In this document: in pieces, positions 60,411 to 64,000 of the stretch
How positions within the stretch are numbered: position 1 is the first letter of the stretch
Layout: the number at the start of each line of letters is the position of its first letter
Assembly: GCA_002269645.1 (NCBI GenBank)
Contig: NIVC01002593.1
Coordinates: 1-64,000 of the forward strand
Source: Macrostomum lignano
Taxonomy: Eukaryota
Length of the DNA stretch: 64,000 nucleotides
Direction of reading: 5' to 3'
Position numbers and translations under genes: made by a program
Notes under the pieces: model-generated
Seen by the model: only the letters and a program-made list of their open reading frames with translations
What the model was told of the DNA's origin: nothing
The model's database searches: none

Positions 60411-62572
60411 GTGAGTAGTGAGTGCGCCTGTCACAGGGCATGGAATGGAAGCTGAGTGTGACGGCTTGAGTTTTTGTACATCTTTTAGTGTACCGTCGTT
60501 GTAAAAGTCTTTTTGCAAAGTAATTATTGGCATTTAATTATTCTATTTAATTGTACATTTGCACGCATTGTTTGACATGTTAAGCAGATTAAGTTTACGG
60601 AAGATCACCGAGTATGAGCCGAATTCAACCGAAATTCATAGCAGTAACAATATTTCTAAACAAGTCCCTTCAGGATGTGCACCACAAGAGAGCTCTGGAA
60701 CCTGCAATTCCCCATTCCCTGCAGCATCGAACCCATCTAAGGAGGATGACACAAAAATGGCGTTACCTATTATTTGACCTTGGGATCCTGGGGCGTAAGA
60801 GGGAATCGTAGACTTAAAATCGCTCACCATGCAGCTAAACAACCCCCCTATGCAAAAGTCCTCGTTTCCTTGTATGCCTCGCATAGAGTCCCTTTTAATC
60901 GGCCATTTCTAGTACAGTTGGGGTCAAGAACCTTTGTCTGTTACAGACCGGGAGTTAACGTCTAGTTATGGGAGTTTTTTACCGCGGGTGTACTCCCGCA
61001 ACAGGTGACTGGTGGCGGCCGCGCCTCTGGCGTGTACCTTAAACAACCTGGTGTTAGGCTTTCTGTCCACCGTTGTTCAATTTATCCGGCGGACATCGCA
61101 AAGCAAAATCATTATCGCTTTGTGATAACCTACCCTGGATAATCCAAGGCACAACAAAATCTGGCTTTGAAATATCCTGGGTCTTAAATTTTTCGGGGTG
61201 AATAAAGATTGGGGTGGCAAGTTGGTCAAATTATTTACCTGCTGAGGCGCATATCAATGTGTGGGGCAGAAGAACATTTCATTAAGAGAGAATGGGCTGA
61301 CACAGAGGGCTGGGGAGGGGCAGATAAGGTGCAGTCTAAGAATAAATCGATAAATAGACTGGCGTCACATTGCTTTCACTACAAACGTACATGCAATGAA
61401 GATCAGTGTACGAGCTAATAGCCACAAAGGAATGTGTTGTGAAAGTTGAGTGACTGACAGAGTGAGGTCTGCAGAGTGAGTGACAGAGTGAGGTCTGCAG
61501 AGTGACTGACACAGTAAGGTCTGCATATACTCGTAATAGCTCGTACACTTACGAGCTAACTTTTCAGATATAGGTCGAGTATATTTCTTGTCCAAGTGCT
61601 ACTACGTTCTGGAATTTTTTGTCTCGATGGCTAAAGTAACCGCTTAATCAAGTGTTTTTTACGTTCTGAACGACAAGTATGTTGAGCAGTCGAAACATTC
61701 CAGAACAAAAGAGAATCTACGAGTAAAAAGAAAGATCAGAGAAAAGAGCATTCTTACACTTTTCGTAAAGGTTCGTCGTACTATTGATGAGGACGCACTT
61801 TTTTCCAAACTTCACGCTCGCACATGGGCTCCAAACTTACTAGCCTATACTAACAACAGGCTATGGGCATCTTTTCTTCTCTTTATGTAATTTTCCTAGA
61901 ATTCATACTAGTTATATGATTTTGCCATACTTGTAGTTATAATAACATAGGTGCGGCTTTTGGGTCATAAATCATTGCTTTCGAGCTGGCCTGAGAGCCA
62001 CCTGCGCCTCACTCAATGCTGAGACTGGCGCCAGATGGTCTGAGAGGATGCGGGTGGCAGCTTTTTCTCTTCATTTTGACAGGCCATCAAGATTTATGAG
62101 GTCAGGGCCTATTATTTTCGTGTTTACTCAAGCGTGTGACAGCTTTGACAACTATGCGTTTTGGCCCTAAAAGTACGTTGGGATTAGCGATTAGCGATTT
62201 CTCTTCATTATCTACTTAATAAGAGCTTTCTAATGTATATTTTTTCATTAATTTTTGTCATTCCTATGCGAAAGGTCATAAATCAATATGTAGCGATTTT
62301 GAGTGATTTATGACCGCACCTGGCGTATTTTTATGGCCCCGAGGGAACTGATAGGATCTTCTGGTCACGTGAGTTTGGGTGGCAACAAGCTCAGCCAATC
62401 AGAAAATTCGACGTGCGTTATAACAAATCGGCTCAGCCAATCAGCGTCAAGGTGTTCCATTATAACAAATTGCGGTCCAGTTGGTGGCTATATAAAACGG
62501 CGTTTTTGGCCCGCTCGGACTCAACTTCCTGCTCCGCCTCCTGGAACTTTGGCCTAACTTAGACCTCCTAAC

Positions 62573-62890
62573 TTAGTCAAGAAGACGATTGCCGACGCCA
62601 AACGCGAGAGCTGGAGGACCTTCGCCGGCGAGGTGGCAGTCGACAGCGACTACTCCAAGATCTGGAGAGTTGTCCGCTCCCTCGACGGCAGAAATAGCAA
62701 CCTGCAGCGGGACGCAGCGCTCCGGGTTGGCCAGAAGACGCTCGTCCAGTCGAAGGACATCGCCGAGGCCTACGCCCGTGAGTATTCCGCCATCAGCCGC
62801 CTCCCGCAAGACCGCAGGACGCGAGACCTACACCGCGAGAACTTTTGCAGCAGCGCTTCGCGAGCCGACGCTGACAGCCATGTTTACTGC
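62573..62890 (+). mobile_element. Non-LTR retrotransposon ORF2 fragment (linker between endonuclease and RT)
   Basis: KKTIADAKRESWRTF...SKIWRVVRSLDG...SKDIAEAYAREY, typical of Jockey/I-group ORF2; truncated at both ends. Confidence 0.75.
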
Positions 62891-62899
62891 ACTCGTTGG

Positions 62900-63596
62900 C
62901 CCTGTTTACCGGGAGAATCACGTGCTTTCGGACCCCTCCCTTCTCTAAGGAGAGGAGTGACTCATGTTGCTAAAAATAGCAACTGAGTCACAGCCGCGTG
63001 TACTCTGGCCGGAGACCTCAAGTGACGTCAGTTCTAAAATAGAACGAGTCACGAGGTCTGGCGCGCACTGAGACTCTGCCCCGAGACCTCAAGTGACGTC
63101 AGTTCTAAAAATAGAACGAGTCACGAGGTCTTGTGCGTGGGTGTCTCCCGGCTATAAATAGGACCCCTCTCCCCTTGTTTCCGTCAAGGAGGCTTCTTAT
63201 CTGCGGAGAATCCATCCACTAAGCTCCCGTGTGCATCAGTGTCTAACTAGGTGCCCTTTGCGTATACTGAATCTGCTTGTACTGGTCTGACTGAGACCCC
63301 ACTAAAGTCCAACCTCAAGCCTACGAGAGGCTAACTCAGCCCTCCCTGAACCAACCAAACCCGGCAGGTGCTGCTGACGAGACGCCTTGTACGTTGAACT
63401 GCAAATCTGCACCCGGTGCTGAGTTCGTTGACTTCGTTATTTCGTTCCGACGGGAAGCTCACCTCATCGAAGGCCGAGACCTGAAGGAACTGGTGGCAGC
63501 ACTACCTACGCTACTAAGAGTTAAGAAGGCTTCCGAGTGAGAAGACGGAGAGCCCAAGTCACTGCGCTGGACATCAGGACAACCACAGGTACAACA
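62900..63596 (+). mobile_element. Solo LTR-like sequence (5' boundary uncertain)
   Basis: Duplicated ~48-bp enhancer block (63012, 63083) each with TGACGTCA, AP-1 sites at 62959 and 62984, TATAAATA at 63153-63160, ending ...ACAACA at 63596; no TSD found. Confidence 0.6.
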
Positions 63597-64000
63597 TAAG
63601 CATGGCACAGATGTTTGCCAATTGAAAAAGTAGCAAAAAGTTATTTTCTATTTCGTGAAAGTGATCTCTAAATTTTGCTATTCTTAACCCCAGATATCAG
63701 TAGCCGGATGTCCTAAAGCAAACCTTTGTCTCAGCAGATTCTGCAACCTCAGCAGACTCCGCCCCTTTCAACCTACAGTCGGATGTCCTAAGACAACTTC
63801 CCCTACTTGTAATCTCCGGGGCGGATATAGCAGAGTCATGCAGTGTCGTGAGAGACACCTCAAGGTGCCCGGACATTGCAAAGCAGCTCAAAATATCCGG
63901 GAAGGAGAAGCAAAGCAGGTTTTTTGCTTCACAGCATCCGGGCGGATATCGTAAGTGCGTTCGGATATCCGGGCCAGACAAGAAACCCGAATAGTCTAAA

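Overview
Eukaryotic (metazoan) genomic DNA: GC-rich spliced exons in AT-rich, transposon-dense intergenic sequence. The exon style and the PMPCB sequence suggest a free-living flatworm such as Macrostomum (inference). Protein genes reconstructed by hand from GT-AG junctions and frame continuity: a 4-exon ~1,500-aa low-complexity protein with three tandem-repeat modules (1094-6889, +); an aquaglyceroporin (10931-11977, -); RETSAT (13975-16675, -); an SLC26 anion transporter (18778-22013, -); an orphan membrane protein (26656-27120, -); PMPCB/MPP-beta (47004-49035, -); a frameshifted 4-TM gene (57401-57936, -); and weaker candidates. The remainder is P-element, Tc1/mariner, Mutator-foldback, Crypton-like, SINE, LINE and LTR relics. 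Best leads: (1) a perfect 3x73-bp duplication in the SLC26 STAS exon whose junctions form an exact GT...AG intron; (2) a P-type MITE carrying the 28S rRNA R2/I-PpoI target segment, mutated at the cut site; (3) an aquaglyceroporin with a non-canonical ar/R filter; (4) kb-scale CpG deserts with sharp edges. No database searches were run; family calls rest on motifs recalled from knowledge.
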